NCBI GenBank assembly: GCA_041650915.1
Contig: JBAZKE010000002.1
Location: 16,638 to 80,637 of the forward strand
DNA from: Patescibacteria group bacterium
Lineage (GTDB): Bacteria > Patescibacteriota > Patescibacteriia > UBA10025 > JAHIVO01
DNA: 64,000 bases
Reading direction: 5' to 3'
The notes beneath the pieces are model-generated. The model worked only from the letters and a program-made list of their open reading frames with translations. It searched no databases and was not told the DNA's origin. The position numbers and the translations under genes are program-made. Each line of letters begins with the position of its first letter. Position 1 is the first letter of the stretch. This document shows, one piece after another, positions 9,989 through 20,435 of the stretch.

Positions 9989-11173
9989 CTAGGAAACTTC
10001 CTTGCCTGCCGCCGCATCGTGTTCCTCTTTCGCTGCAGGCTGCTCATCGGTCGGCTCCGGCTTCTTCGGAACGGGCTTTGCGTGCACGGCCTTGAGCGAC
10101 AGCCCGAGACGGTGGTTTTCCGGTTCAATCGAAAGAATCTTGAACTTGTACCGTTCGCCTATTTTAACCTCTTCCGACGGATCCTGGATCCGCTTTTCCG
10201 ACAGTTCAGAAATGTGCGCGAGCCCGTGAATATCAGTATCGAGCTCAACGAAAGCGCCGAATGGATTGATCTTGAGGACGGTACCCTGCACGATATCACC
10301 GATTTTATACTTCTCCGCGGCCTGGGTCCACGGATCCTCGATCAACGCCTTAATGGAAAGCGATATCCTCGATCCGTCAATACTGATAATCTTTGCCCGT
10401 ACCTTATCGCCGACCTTAACGTAGTCTGAGGGTCGGTCAATCCGCTGCCACGCGAGCTCTGAAATGTGGACGAGCCCCTCGAGGTTTTCTCCGAACTCTA
10501 CAAATGCGCCAAAATCAACAACGCCAGTCACGATCCCATCAATGGTATCGCCAACCTTATACATAGATATGGTTTCGCGCTGCTTCTCTTCCCATGCTGC
10601 CTTTTCTGAGACAATCAATTTACTATCCGCCTCATCAGCATCGATGACCTTCACCTTCAGCTGCTGGCCGATGAATTTTGAGAGCATTTCCAGAATGCGG
10701 TGCTTATCTCCGCCCTCAACGCGCGGATAGTGCTCGACAGTCAGCTGAGATACGGGCAAGAATCCTTCAATCTGGCCAACGTTTACCATGAGGCCTCCCT
10801 TGTTTGCCTCGGTGACGAGCACCTCGATGACGGTTCCCTCGCTCATGAGCTTCCCAATATTGCCCCACGCTTTCTGGTGACCTGCCTGGCGGAACGACAG
10901 TTCCATGATGCCATTCTCGTTCTCGAACTCAAGCACCGTCGCTTCGACTGAATCTCCGGGCTTCAAATTGGAATATGTGCCTGATTCGTCAATGAGCTCA
11001 CGCCCTCGGACAATCCCCGTCGTCAGTCCGGCAATATCGAGATGGGTCTCATTGCTCGACACGCTGATGACGGTCGCTTCGACAACATCGCCCACTTTCG
11101 GCAGGACTGGCTGATCCGCGCTCGCCAGGAGCTCCTTCATTATTGAATGTTGGGTTATATCTTCTTTAATCAT
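9989..11173 (-). CDS. rpsA: 30S ribosomal protein S1 (four S1 domains)
   Basis: Repeated S1 OB-fold signatures (G..V.G.V..I..fGaFV.l..g..GLvHiSe). Confidence 0.9.
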   Translation of the reverse strand: MIKEDITQHSIMKELLASADQPVLPKVGDVVEATVISVSSNETHLDIAGLTTGIVRGRELIDESGTYSNLKPGDSVEATVLEFENENGIMELSFRQAGHQKAWGNIGKLMSEGTVIEVLVTEANKGGLMVNVGQIEGFLPVSQLTVEHYPRVEGGDKHRILEMLSKFIGQQLKVKVIDADEADSKLIVSEKAAWEEKQRETISMYKVGDTIDGIVTGVVDFGAFVEFGENLEGLVHISELAWQRIDRPSDYVKVGDKVRAKIISIDGSRISLSIKALIEDPWTQAAEKYKIGDIVQGTVLKINPFGAFVELDTDIHGLAHISELSEKRIQDPSEEVKIGERYKFKILSIEPENHRLGLSLKAVHAKPVPKKPEPTDEQPAAKEEHDAAAGKEVS

Positions 11174-11342
11174 ACTGCTAATAAAAAAAACCGATTAACC
11201 CTTCCGACCTTTTTGATGCCGGATGAGCCTTTCTTGGCTACTATTAGCCAAAAAAGTGCAAATTAAACATATAAAATTGTAGGTACTGTATACTCTACCT
11301 CATTGCGACTTATTTGGCAAGGAACGTACCATCCCAGCAACC

Positions 11343-12551
11343 GTGGAATCCGATCCAATGCGCGTATTGTGCGCTCTGTATGAAACCGATATACTATTAC
11401 TGCATCGATACATGCAAGCAAACACGCTTATGGCACAGCCGTACGCAAAACAAATTAAACTTGATACCACCAAGCAGGCGGTGAAGAGCTTGCTGCGCAC
11501 CTCACAGGGAAAGACAGTTACTGATGCGAAATTCAACAAAGAATTCCTGAAAAAAGACAAGGAACTCAGGAAATACTTCTTTAAATCAAAGGGCTCAAAG
11601 CTTCAAGACCGGGAGGCCAGGCAATTTGTCAGTAAAGCGCTCAAGTCGGCCCAGGCCAGTGGAAAGCTGAAAATCAGCGCGCTGGCCGCTAAAAAAATTG
11701 GGGTGCACATCGGCCGCACGGGAGAAATCGGCACAGCGAGCATGAAAAAGCTATATGGAAGGATGGTCAGCGAAGACCAGCAGAGTACAGCCAAACCGAA
11801 TGAGCCTTCTCCTCAGGAGCTGCGGCAGCAGAAACGGCACGAAAAAGCGGTCAAGGCAATGCATAAGCGGGAACGCTCAGACGAAATCCGCAGAGACAGG
11901 ATTGGGGAAACTAAAGGTGCCGCCGAAAACAAGGGCAGTGGCGCAAGCCAGCAGCCGCACACGGTACCGAGGGCTGGCGGCGGGTCGTTCGCACAGCAGC
12001 AGCCGGGCAGTAATGGTTCCGGAACCCAACAGCAGGACAACACACGCCGCGGCAGCGGGCAAACGAATACAATCGATACGATCCCGTTGGTCGTACTCCC
12101 GCTCTATAATCTCTCCCCAAACGTTGATGGACTCGCGACGATAGTCGACAAGCTCACTAAGCATATACTCCAGACCGTACGAAATATCGGCATATTCTCA
12201 ATCGTCCAAGAAACCCAAATCAGAAAAGTGCTTGCCGAAATGCACTTGGATGCTCCTCCGCCCATTACCGATAGGGAAGATGTTCTTGCATTTGGCCGTA
12301 CCGCACATGTCGATCTCCTCATAATCGGCTATGTGCAGCAGACAGGGCCAACTATCGAAATGAATGTAAGTCTGGTCAACACGCACGATGGCCGCCAGAT
12401 GCCTCTCGTTTCGATCAAACAGGATGATGCGGACTTGTACCTGCTCGAACAGCAAATTGCGTGGCAGATGACGCACGTGTTGCGAGGACAAATCACAGAA
12501 ACCGATGCGCCACTCCCGAACCCAAACGAAGCCCAGGACATGCCGATTTAA
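11343..12551 (+). CDS. Hypothetical protein: Lys/Gln-rich low-complexity N-terminal region plus a C-terminal globular domain
   Basis: The C-terminal ~120 aa (IPLVVLPLYNLS...LLIIGYVQQTGPTIEMNVSLVNTHDGRQ) has the alternating pattern of the CsgG/LpoB-like fold. An alternative in-frame ATG start is at 11430. Confidence 0.45.
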   Translation: MESDPMRVLCALYETDILLLHRYMQANTLMAQPYAKQIKLDTTKQAVKSLLRTSQGKTVTDAKFNKEFLKKDKELRKYFFKSKGSKLQDREARQFVSKALKSAQASGKLKISALAAKKIGVHIGRTGEIGTASMKKLYGRMVSEDQQSTAKPNEPSPQELRQQKRHEKAVKAMHKRERSDEIRRDRIGETKGAAENKGSGASQQPHTVPRAGGGSFAQQQPGSNGSGTQQQDNTRRGSGQTNTIDTIPLVVLPLYNLSPNVDGLATIVDKLTKHILQTVRNIGIFSIVQETQIRKVLAEMHLDAPPPITDREDVLAFGRTAHVDLLIIGYVQQTGPTIEMNVSLVNTHDGRQMPLVSIKQDDADLYLLEQQIAWQMTHVLRGQITETDAPLPNPNEAQDMPI

Positions 12552-12601
12552 CATAAAAAATCAGCCCAATTAACTTTACGACATCGGTACAATGTGCTAC
12601 G

Positions 12602-13264
12602 ATGAATGCACATTTTTCTTTTTTTCTTATGTACATCACTTGGTTTGGGCAGTCATGTTTTAAGCTTCAGGGAAAAGAAGCAACCATCATTACGGACCCT
12701 TTCGATAAGAAGGTTGGTCTTACGCTGCCCCGGCTTACGGCTGATATCGTTACCGTGAGCCATGACCACTATGACCACAGCAATGTAAAAGCGGTATCGG
12801 GTGAACCGTTTGTCATCAAAACCATAGGCGAATACGAAATCAATACCGTATCGATACGCGGGATTCCCTCATGGCACGATGCCGAGGAGGGGAAAAAACT
12901 GGGCGCGAATATTATCTTCATTTTTCAGCTCGAAGAAATCAGGATTGCACACCTCGGCGACCTCGGCACCCTCCTCACTGATTCACAGCTCGAGCACCTC
13001 GGCAATGTCGACATCCTCATGATCCCGGTCGGAGGCACCTTCACCCTTTCCGGAAAGCAGGCAGCTGAGGTCGTGAGCCAGGTTGAACCGCGAATCGCTA
13101 TCCCCATGCACTATAAAATTCCCAAACTGACAGAAAAACTTGATACCGTTGCGGCATTCTGCAGTGAACTCGGCGTACAACCTAACGGCGAGGAGGAAAA
13201 GTTCAAGGTCACAAAAAAGGAGCTCCCTGCGGAGGAAACAAAGGTCATCATCCTTAAGCCGTAA
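12602..13264 (+). CDS. MBL-fold metal-dependent hydrolase (UPF0173-like)
   Basis: The HxHxDH motif (SHDHYDHS) and beta-lactamase-fold topology. The start may be the Met at 12629. Confidence 0.7.
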   Translation: MNAHFSFFLMYITWFGQSCFKLQGKEATIITDPFDKKVGLTLPRLTADIVTVSHDHYDHSNVKAVSGEPFVIKTIGEYEINTVSIRGIPSWHDAEEGKKLGANIIFIFQLEEIRIAHLGDLGTLLTDSQLEHLGNVDILMIPVGGTFTLSGKQAAEVVSQVEPRIAIPMHYKIPKLTEKLDTVAAFCSELGVQPNGEEEKFKVTKKELPAEETKVIILKP

Positions 13265-13268
13265 CGCT

Positions 13269-13721
13269 ATGGCGCCGATTGATGCCGCGCAGCCACCCAA
13301 GCGCACCCAGAAAAAAAATACAAAGCCGGCACAGAAATCCGCGGTACGAAAACCGCCTGTCCTCAAAAAATTTGAGTACCCGGCAAACGAGAGAAAAAAA
13401 ATTCAAGCCATAAAAGAACCGGTCACCAGTGCCCCGCCTCGGGTGAGGACGATGTGGATACTCGTCATCGTTACGACGGTAATCATCGTCGCACTGTGGG
13501 CTCTCCTGTTTTCGAGCGGCAGCCTGACTCCCGAAGGCAAATCAACGGGGCGCTTCAATATTTTAAGCAATAAAATAGAGGGGCTCTGGGAATCAATCAA
13601 GGAAGATGTTCTGCATATCAAAGATGCGGTCAAGCAAGAAACCAACACCGCAAGCCCGGAGCAGATTGAAGAGCTCGAAGAGCAGGTTTTCCCCCAATTT
13701 ACTGACCCGACAAAACAGTAA
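13269..13721 (+). CDS. Hypothetical protein with a single TM anchor and a basic N-terminal region
   Basis: ATG at 13269 is in frame with the ORF 13140-13721. It has the TM segment [20 protein letters not shown] and an acidic C-terminus. Confidence 0.4.
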   Translation: MAPIDAAQPPKRTQKKNTKPAQKSAVRKPPVLKKFEYPANERKKIQAIKEPVTSAPPRVRTMWILVIVTTVIIVALWALLFSSGSLTPEGKSTGRFNILSNKIEGLWESIKEDVLHIKDAVKQETNTASPEQIEELEEQVFPQFTDPTKQ

Positions 13722-13738
13722 CTCACCATGCTAAAAAA

Positions 13739-16231
13739 ATGAAACGAACGAGCAGAAAGCCAGCTGAAGCCAGAGAGCTGCCAGCGCCACCATCCGGCGG
13801 CAAGGTCGAGCCGCGGCCTATTGTCCTGGAAATGCAGGAATCGTACCTCGACTATGCAATGTCGGTTATCGTTTCACGCGCCCTCCCGGACGTCCGCGAC
13901 GGCTTGAAGCCGGTTCACCGGCGAATCCTGTACGCAATGTGGAACATCGGCCTGCGCTCGAATGCAAAGTTCAGAAAATCGGCAACGGTCGTCGGTGAAG
14001 TGCTCGGCAAGTACCATCCCCACGGAGACGTCGCAGTCTACGACTCGATGGTACGGATGGCACAGGACTTCTCAATGCGGTACATGCTTGTCAATGGTCA
14101 GGGCAATTTTGGTTCGATGGACGGCGACTCGCCAGCTGCGATGCGGTACACGGAAGCCAAGCTCTCAAAAATTTCTGAAGAGCTGCTCACTGACATTGAA
14201 AAAAATACGGTTAACTTCGTGCCGAACTACGACGGCTCCCAGAAGGAACCGTCCCTGCTCCCGGCGAAGCTCCCCAACCTCCTGCTCAACGGCACAATGG
14301 GCATTGCCGTCGGCATGGCAACGTCAATCCCCCCGCACAATCTTACCGAGGTTATCGACGGCATCACGCATCTGATCGACCATCCCGATGCGTCTATTAA
14401 GGACCTCATGCAATTTATCAAAGGCCCTGACTTCCCGACGGGCGGCATTATTTACAATAATAAGGACATTGAACAAGCGTATGGAACGGGCAAGAGCTCA
14501 ATCGTTATGCGCGGGAGAGCTGAAATCGTAGAAAAGCATAATGAGCACTTCAGCATTATCGTTTCGGAAATGCCGTACCAGGTGAATAAAGCAGGCCTGA
14601 TTGAGGATATTGCCGAACTCATACAAGCAAAAAAAATTGAAGGCATCAAGGACCTCCGGGACGAATCCGATAAAGATGGCGTGCGGATCGTCATTGACCT
14701 CAAGAAGGACGCATACCCGAAAAAAGTGCTCAACCGGCTATACAACCTAACCTACTTGCAGACGTCGTTCCACGTCAACATGCTCGCGCTCGTCGATGGC
14801 CTGCAGCCGCGCGTATTGAACCTGAAAAATGTTCTTGAAGAATACGTCAAACACCGCGAGGAAACGATCACGCGGAGAACGCAGTTTGACCTCGACCGCG
14901 CCGAAGAGCGGGCGCACATCCTGAAGGGCTTAAAAAAAGCCGTTGATAACATCGACGCGGTCATCAAGGTCATCAAGGCTTCACAAGACCGTGAGCACGC
15001 CAAGGTAAACCTCATGAAGCAATTCAAGTTCACCGAGCGGCAGGCGAACGCGATCCTCGACATGAAACTCTCGCAGCTCGCGAACCTTGAACGGAAAAAG
15101 ATTGAGGACGAGCTCAAGGAGAAGCTGCAGCTCATCAAGGAGCTCCAGGCAATCCTCGCCTCAAAGGTAAAAATCAGAGGCCTCATTAAAAAAGAGCTTA
15201 CCGAAATCAAAGAAAAATTCGGGGATGAACGGAAAACCGAAGTCAAGGCTGGCGCAGTCGGCGAATTTACCCAGGAAGACCTCATACCGAACGAGGCGAC
15301 CGTCATCTTGGTGACCCGCGACGGCTACCTCAAGCGCGTTCCTCCCGAGACGTTCCGCGTGCAGAAACGCGGTGGACGCGGAGTAATCGGGCTGACAACG
15401 AAAGAGCAGGATACCGTCCAGCACCTGCTCACAACGACCACGCACGCTGATCTGCTCTTCTTCACTAGCAGGGGCCGCGTATTCCAGCTGAAGGCGTACG
15501 ATGTGCCCCCGGCTTCACGGACAGCGAAGGGGCAGGCGATCGTAAACTTCCTGCAGCTCAGCCAGTCCGAGAGCGTTACGTCGGTCATGTCACTCGAAGA
15601 CCTCGAAACGTTCAAGTTCATCATGATGGTTACCCACAACGGGATCATCAAAAAGGTTGACATCGAGGACTTCCAGTCAGTCCGGCGTTCGGGGCTCATT
15701 GCCGTGAAACTCAAGCCGAGCGATACGCTCGAGTGGGTGAAGCCTTCGACCGGTAAAGACGATATCATTATCGTCACCGAGCACGGACAGTCAATCCGCT
15801 TCAAAGAAAAGCAGGTGCGTGCCATGGGCCGCAATGCAGCCGGCGTCAGGGCTATCAAGCTTAAAAAGGACGATAAGATTGCGGGTATGGACATGATTAA
15901 TGAGGGGAAGGCAACACAGAATGAACAGCTGCTCGTCGTCATGGATAACGGGTACGGCAAGCGGACAAGCCTGGCGAGCTACCGGGTTCAGAGCCGTGCC
16001 GGCACGGGCATCAAGACCGCGAAGATCACCCCAAAGACAGGCTCGATCGTTTCGGCATTTATCGTCAATGCGAAGCTTACCGAAGAAGATCTCGTCATCG
16101 TCTCAAACAAAGGCCAGGTAATCCGCCTGCCGCTGAAGTCAGTCTCCGTACTCGGACGCGCTACTCAGGGCGTCAGGCTGATGAGCTTTTCTCAAAAGGG
16201 AGACAGGGTCGCGTCCGTAACATTCGTCTAA
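13739..16231 (+). CDS. gyrA: DNA gyrase subunit A
   Basis: [29 protein letters not shown] and the [12 protein letters not shown]-region, at full GyrA length. Confidence 0.95.
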   Translation: MKRTSRKPAEARELPAPPSGGKVEPRPIVLEMQESYLDYAMSVIVSRALPDVRDGLKPVHRRILYAMWNIGLRSNAKFRKSATVVGEVLGKYHPHGDVAVYDSMVRMAQDFSMRYMLVNGQGNFGSMDGDSPAAMRYTEAKLSKISEELLTDIEKNTVNFVPNYDGSQKEPSLLPAKLPNLLLNGTMGIAVGMATSIPPHNLTEVIDGITHLIDHPDASIKDLMQFIKGPDFPTGGIIYNNKDIEQAYGTGKSSIVMRGRAEIVEKHNEHFSIIVSEMPYQVNKAGLIEDIAELIQAKKIEGIKDLRDESDKDGVRIVIDLKKDAYPKKVLNRLYNLTYLQTSFHVNMLALVDGLQPRVLNLKNVLEEYVKHREETITRRTQFDLDRAEERAHILKGLKKAVDNIDAVIKVIKASQDREHAKVNLMKQFKFTERQANAILDMKLSQLANLERKKIEDELKEKLQLIKELQAILASKVKIRGLIKKELTEIKEKFGDERKTEVKAGAVGEFTQEDLIPNEATVILVTRDGYLKRVPPETFRVQKRGGRGVIGLTTKEQDTVQHLLTTTTHADLLFFTSRGRVFQLKAYDVPPASRTAKGQAIVNFLQLSQSESVTSVMSLEDLETFKFIMMVTHNGIIKKVDIEDFQSVRRSGLIAVKLKPSDTLEWVKPSTGKDDIIIVTEHGQSIRFKEKQVRAMGRNAAGVRAIKLKKDDKIAGMDMINEGKATQNEQLLVVMDNGYGKRTSLASYRVQSRAGTGIKTAKITPKTGSIVSAFIVNAKLTEEDLVIVSNKGQVIRLPLKSVSVLGRATQGVRLMSFSQKGDRVASVTFV

Positions 16232-16249
16232 AAAACGCAAAAATAGAAA

Positions 16250-16290
16250 AATACAAGGGGCGGCTTCGAAGCCGCCCCTTGTATTTCCAA
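16250..16290. terminator. Bidirectional Rho-independent terminator after gyrA
   Basis: CAAGGGGCGGCTTCGAAGCCGCCCCTTG, a perfect 12-bp stem. Confidence 0.6.
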
Positions 16291-16401
16291 TCGCGAGGCG
16301 ACGGGCTTTTTCCGTCGAATGACGGGATCTAAATCTCCGTACCGAGCGATACCTTGGGAAAAGGGGACATGAGGAAAGAAACCACGGATCTTGCCTCATT
16401 C

Positions 16402-16431
16402 AAAAAAAACCGCTTCGATCCTATGAAGCGG
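16402..16431 (-). terminator. Rho-independent terminator for the minus-strand REC-like gene
   Basis: Minus-strand CCGCTTCATAGGATCGAAGCGG followed by TTTTTTTT. Confidence 0.5.
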
Positions 16432-16453
16432 CTGGGAGCAAAAAATTCATACG

Positions 16454-16879
16454 TTACCCGATCATCCGATCAGCCGGACGTTCGGGCAGCAGGACAAAAC
16501 TGTACAGTCGTGGTACGAAGGCCATCTGGAGATAGAACTCCAAATCCTGAGCCGTACAGACCTTTGGCATGACGGTAACCGTACCGATCGCCATAACCTC
16601 CCTGTAGGTAAACGGCGAAACGAGCACGAGCACCTTGATGCTGAGCGCGTCCATGCCCCAAATCATTGAGCGGACATCCATGCCTGGAATGTTATAATTC
16701 GTCAGTACGACGAGATTGGGGCGGTAACGACCGACGCACCTGTCACGGAGCTCATACGGATGGACCACCTGGACGAGTGCGCGTTCATCAAAAATCCGCA
16801 CGCGCTCTGCGATGCATTCGGGTAAGTCAGGCGTACTCCCAGCCACCAGAATTACCCGCTGTGTAGATGTTGCCTCCAC
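16454..16879 (-). CDS. Stand-alone receiver-like (CheY-fold) domain protein, likely a pseudo-receiver
   Basis: It keeps the REC-like ..VLTNYNIPGMD.. motif but the phospho-acceptor Asp is replaced by Thr, and the acidic pair reads GS. It has a GTG start with a GGAGGTG SD. Confidence 0.5.
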   Translation of the reverse strand: MEATSTQRVILVAGSTPDLPECIAERVRIFDERALVQVVHPYELRDRCVGRYRPNLVVLTNYNIPGMDVRSMIWGMDALSIKVLVLVSPFTYREVMAIGTVTVMPKVCTAQDLEFYLQMAFVPRLYSFVLLPERPADRMIG

Positions 16880-17042
16880 GGGAACACCTCCTTCGGTTGT
16901 AGGTGAACGATTTTTTATAATCTGGGAATGCGGATTCCCAGACTGTCTTCAATTGATGCCTCTGCACGCAGCTTTTTCACCGAGCAGAGACTACTCACGC
17001 TACCACACGCGGGCCGCGCTGTCAAGACGCGCGGGCTATCAC

Positions 17043-17071
17043 TTGTCAAACGCTCTCCGCTTGGCTATAAT
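17043..17071 (+). promoter_or_regulatory. Putative rpmF promoter
   Basis: TTGTCA-17-TATAAT, about 10 nt before the rpmF ATG region. Confidence 0.5.
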
Positions 17072-17081
17072 GACTACCACT

Positions 17082-17318
17082 ATGGGAACACCAGCAAAAA
17101 GAAGGACAAAACAGCAAAAGCGCGAACGGGCGTCACACATCAAGCTCGAAAAGCAAGCCCTCACGTCATGCCCGAAGTGCAAGAAGCCAATTCGTCCGCA
17201 CTTCGTATGCAAATTCTGCGGCTACTACAAGGGCACAGACATTCTCTCTCTCGATACCAAGGCAGAACGCAAGAAGAAGAAACAAAAGAAGAGAGAGGAC
17301 AAGGCAAAAGGCAAATAA
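17082..17318 (+). CDS. rpmF: 50S ribosomal protein L32
   Basis: MGTPAKRRTKQQKRERASHIKL...CPKCKKPIRPHFVCKFCGYYKG is the L32 zinc-ribbon signature. ATG at 17082 is in frame within the ORF 16812-17318. Confidence 0.8.
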   Translation: MGTPAKRRTKQQKRERASHIKLEKQALTSCPKCKKPIRPHFVCKFCGYYKGTDILSLDTKAERKKKKQKKREDKAKGK

Positions 17319-17400
17319 GTATAGACGTGGGGTCTAAGTAATGAGCATTCCAGTGTTCATGATGCCGCAGGTTTCACCGCTCATTTGTCACTCGTAAACT

Positions 17401-17904
17401 ATGTCGAACCGACACCTGTGCCGAACGATTGCGATGCAGTCTCTGTACGAGTGGGACTTTAACAGTCTCACCGTCGGTGACCTTTCGCGTATCATTGATC
17501 GCAACCTGAAAGAATTCGCGCCTGGATTCGAAGACAACGGTTTTACGCTCCGGATCGTCAAGGGCGTCATCAACAAGCTCGATGAAATCAACCGGCTCAT
17601 CACGTCGTACGCGCCTGAGTGGCCGCTCGACCAGATCACGGTCGTGGACCGCAACGTGCTCCGCATCGGCATTTACGAGCTGAAATTTTCAGGCGGTGAA
17701 ATCCCGCCGAAGGTAGCCATCAATGAAGCAATCGAGCTCGCGAAATCGTTCGGCGGCGAATCGTCCGGAAAATTCATCAACGGCGTACTCGGCACGATCT
17801 ACAAAGAAATGCAGAAGAAAGGCGAGCTGCCGATAACCGAGGGTGAAACCGCTGAACCGCCGAAAAAAGAAGCTGCTCCGCAGAATCAAGAGCAACGAGC
17901 GTAG
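17401..17904 (+). CDS. nusB: Transcription antitermination factor NusB
   Basis: [11 protein letters not shown]..., [12 protein letters not shown]. Confidence 0.85.
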   Translation: MSNRHLCRTIAMQSLYEWDFNSLTVGDLSRIIDRNLKEFAPGFEDNGFTLRIVKGVINKLDEINRLITSYAPEWPLDQITVVDRNVLRIGIYELKFSGGEIPPKVAINEAIELAKSFGGESSGKFINGVLGTIYKEMQKKGELPITEGETAEPPKKEAAPQNQEQRA

Positions 17905-17910
17905 ACAAGC

Positions 17911-18600
17911 ATGGAAGATATCTCCTCACTTGAAAAAAAAATTGGGCTTACGTTTACAAACCGTGACCTGCTCAGGCAAGCCATGGTGCACCGTTCGTAC
18001 CTCAATGAGAATCCGGGATTTAAAATCGGCCACAACGAACGGCTCGAATTCCTCGGAGACGCAGTGCTCGAGCTCGTCGTTACCAAATACCTGTACGAAA
18101 ACTACGATAACCCGGAAGGAGAGCTCACCAACTGGCGCGCGAGCTTGGTAAACTCGCGAATGCTCTCCGAAGCCTCTCAGAAGGTCGGGCTCAACGCGCA
18201 CCTATACCTATCGAAGGGCGAGGAAAAAGACCAGAACGGCAAGGCGCGGCAGTACATACTCGCCAATGCATTCGAAGCACTCATCGGGGCAATCTACCTC
18301 GACCGGGGGCTCGACGTTGCGAGCGATTTCATTCACCGGCATATTCTCTCCAGCCTCAAGTCGATTCTGGCAGAGAAACGGTACCTCGATCCAAAAAGCA
18401 AATTTCAGGAAGCTGCGCAAGAGCGGTCAGGCATCACGCCGTCGTACCGGACGATCTCAGAGGTAGGCCCAGACCACGATAAACACTTCGTGATCGGCGT
18501 GTACCTCGGAGATGAGCTCATCGCAAAGGGCGAGGGATCGTCCAAGCAGGAAGCGCAGGTTGCCGCCGCCGCCGCAGGGCTTGAAACGAAAGGCTGGTAA
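17911..18600 (+). CDS. rnc: Ribonuclease III
   Basis: The RNase III signature ERLEFLGDAVLELVV and the C-terminal dsRBD. Confidence 0.9.
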   Translation: MEDISSLEKKIGLTFTNRDLLRQAMVHRSYLNENPGFKIGHNERLEFLGDAVLELVVTKYLYENYDNPEGELTNWRASLVNSRMLSEASQKVGLNAHLYLSKGEEKDQNGKARQYILANAFEALIGAIYLDRGLDVASDFIHRHILSSLKSILAEKRYLDPKSKFQEAAQERSGITPSYRTISEVGPDHDKHFVIGVYLGDELIAKGEGSSKQEAQVAAAAAGLETKGW

Positions 18601-18829
18601 CGCCGGCTCCACAACCTTTCCAGCTGAGGAGGCTTTTTTTATTGAAAACAGGGCTGATCCGCAGCGCGGGAGGTGAACAGTAAAAAGAGCGCAATAACCA
18701 GACGGTAATGCCAAAAGGAATACCCATTCTCCCATTGACACGAGGAAACAGCAGAGGTACCATAGAAAACCGCACCTGAGCATCGTACAACATGCTCCGT
18801 ATATAAACCCCAAACAGTGGAGGGAAGCC

Positions 18830-19162
18830 GTGGACCACATGAATGCCGAAACCGTACCGCGTGTGCCCGGTTTGGAAGCACTGGGATTCGTATCCGATCT
18901 GCCCGTTGGAACAAATCGAGTTGAGGTAACACTGACGTGCGATCTCATGCTGCCCGCGACAATGTACTTCCGCATCAACCCAGCTGGCAATGAAGACACC
19001 GTCTTTTATGTCAGCTCGGTTAAACGCAAAGGCGTACTGGTCGACCGGGCCATGAAGGGTGACAAGGTCGCCGTTCGTATGATTGCGCCGCCGGACGCAT
19101 GCGTCGAAATCGGAACACCGGTCTACATCGGCCCCGAAATCGGCGTAGCCACCGACGTATAG
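18830..19162 (+). CDS. Hypothetical protein (110 aa)
   Basis: GTG start with a GGAGGG SD 5 nt upstream, and a TTGACA-17-TACCAT promoter-like motif about 80 nt upstream. No recognisable family. Confidence 0.35.
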   Translation: MDHMNAETVPRVPGLEALGFVSDLPVGTNRVEVTLTCDLMLPATMYFRINPAGNEDTVFYVSSVKRKGVLVDRAMKGDKVAVRMIAPPDACVEIGTPVYIGPEIGVATDV

Positions 19163-19390
19163 CATCCGCAGCGCTCATCGGCTGCCGAAGAGCAGCCCGA
19201 GCACGGCGAATAAGCATCCGGCGTAAAGTACGATACCGAGCGCAGTATGGTCACCAAATATGGTAACCTGCTGCGCTCATTTTTTACATCGCGATGCGTA
19301 AAAAAACTGCAACAGCGTGCAGTATTTACACAGGTTTGCGCACACAGCGATCCCATCCCTGCTAAGGTATCTTTACAGTATCGCCTTGGC

Positions 19391-19418
19391 TTGCTATTCT
19401 AGTATAGAAAGCTATGAT
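19391..19418 (+). promoter_or_regulatory. Putative pyr operon promoter
   Basis: TTGCTA-16-TATGAT. Confidence 0.3.
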
Positions 19419-19473
19419 TAATCCACAATTTTTCCAGCTCACATCACCCAATCAAACTGCGCGGTGACCTATT

Positions 19474-19495
19474 TCCCCAGAACGGGGATTTTTTT
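19474..19495 (+). terminator. Intrinsic terminator hairpin plus U7 in the pyrB leader (attenuator candidate)
   Basis: TCCCCAGAACGGGGATTTTTTT, 22 nt before the pyrB start codon. Confidence 0.45.
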
Positions 19496-19516
19496 AAATA
19501 ATTGAGCAAAAACCAC

Positions 19517-20434
19517 ATGGAGAGCTTCAAAAACCGAGATATCATCTCGATCCGTGACTTCTCAAAAAAAGAGATCTTGTACATCCTCGAGGTGGCAAAA
19601 AAATTCAAAAACAAGCCGCACGCCTCGCTCCTCAAAAATAAAATCCTCGCGAGCCTTTTCTTCGAGCCATCGACGAGAACCCGCTTCTCATTTGAATCGG
19701 CGATGGAGCGCCTGGGCGGTTCCGTAATTTCGCTCGCCGATGCGAAAGCGTCATCATCGGCAAAAGGCGAGTCGGTCTCCGACTCTATTAAAATCGTGGA
19801 AAAGTACTGTGACGTCGTCGTCATGCGCCACTCGCTCGAAGGCTCCGCCCGCCTCGCCGCTGAGGTGTCCCGGAATCCGATCATCAATGGCGGTGACGGC
19901 GCAAACCAGCACCCCACTCAGACATTCCTCGACCTCTTCACGATCATGGAGACCCAAAAAAAGCTTGGCGGCTTGAACGTTGCGATCGTCGGCGACCTCA
20001 AGTACGGCAGGACCACACACTCGCTCGCGTACGCCCTCGGCATGTTCGGAGCGAAGCTGCACTTCGTATCACCGACCGCACTAAGAATGCCGAAGTACGT
20101 CACGCACGAACTCAAAAAAATGAAGGCAAAGTACGCCGAACACAAGCATCCGGAGCAGATCATGCCGAAGCTCGACATCTTCTACGCCACGAGGATCCAG
20201 AAGGAACGCTTCCCCGACCAGCTCGAGTACGAAAAGGTGAAGGACGTATACGTGATTACAAATAAGCTCCTGACAAAGGTAAAAAAGAACTTCAAAATTA
20301 TGCATCCGCTGCCGCGCGTCAACGAAATCAACTACGAAGTAGATGAGACCCCGTATGCATACTACTTCGAGCAGGCGAACAACGGCCTGTACGTCCGTGA
20401 AGCACTCTTAGCATTAGTTTTAGGAAAAGCCTAG
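19517..20434 (+). CDS. pyrB: Aspartate carbamoyltransferase catalytic subunit
   Basis: STRTR and HPTQ motifs, followed by pyrI. Confidence 0.9.
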   Translation: MESFKNRDIISIRDFSKKEILYILEVAKKFKNKPHASLLKNKILASLFFEPSTRTRFSFESAMERLGGSVISLADAKASSSAKGESVSDSIKIVEKYCDVVVMRHSLEGSARLAAEVSRNPIINGGDGANQHPTQTFLDLFTIMETQKKLGGLNVAIVGDLKYGRTTHSLAYALGMFGAKLHFVSPTALRMPKYVTHELKKMKAKYAEHKHPEQIMPKLDIFYATRIQKERFPDQLEYEKVKDVYVITNKLLTKVKKNFKIMHPLPRVNEINYEVDETPYAYYFEQANNGLYVREALLALVLGKA

Positions 20435-20435
20435 T

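Noticed and set aside
18457-19165. Minus-strand ORFs of 180 and 215 aa overlapping the rnc 3' end and the hypothetical gene at 18830-19162
   Set aside because: They have no SD, an unusual Cys/Arg-rich composition, and are antisense to a gene with good start signals.
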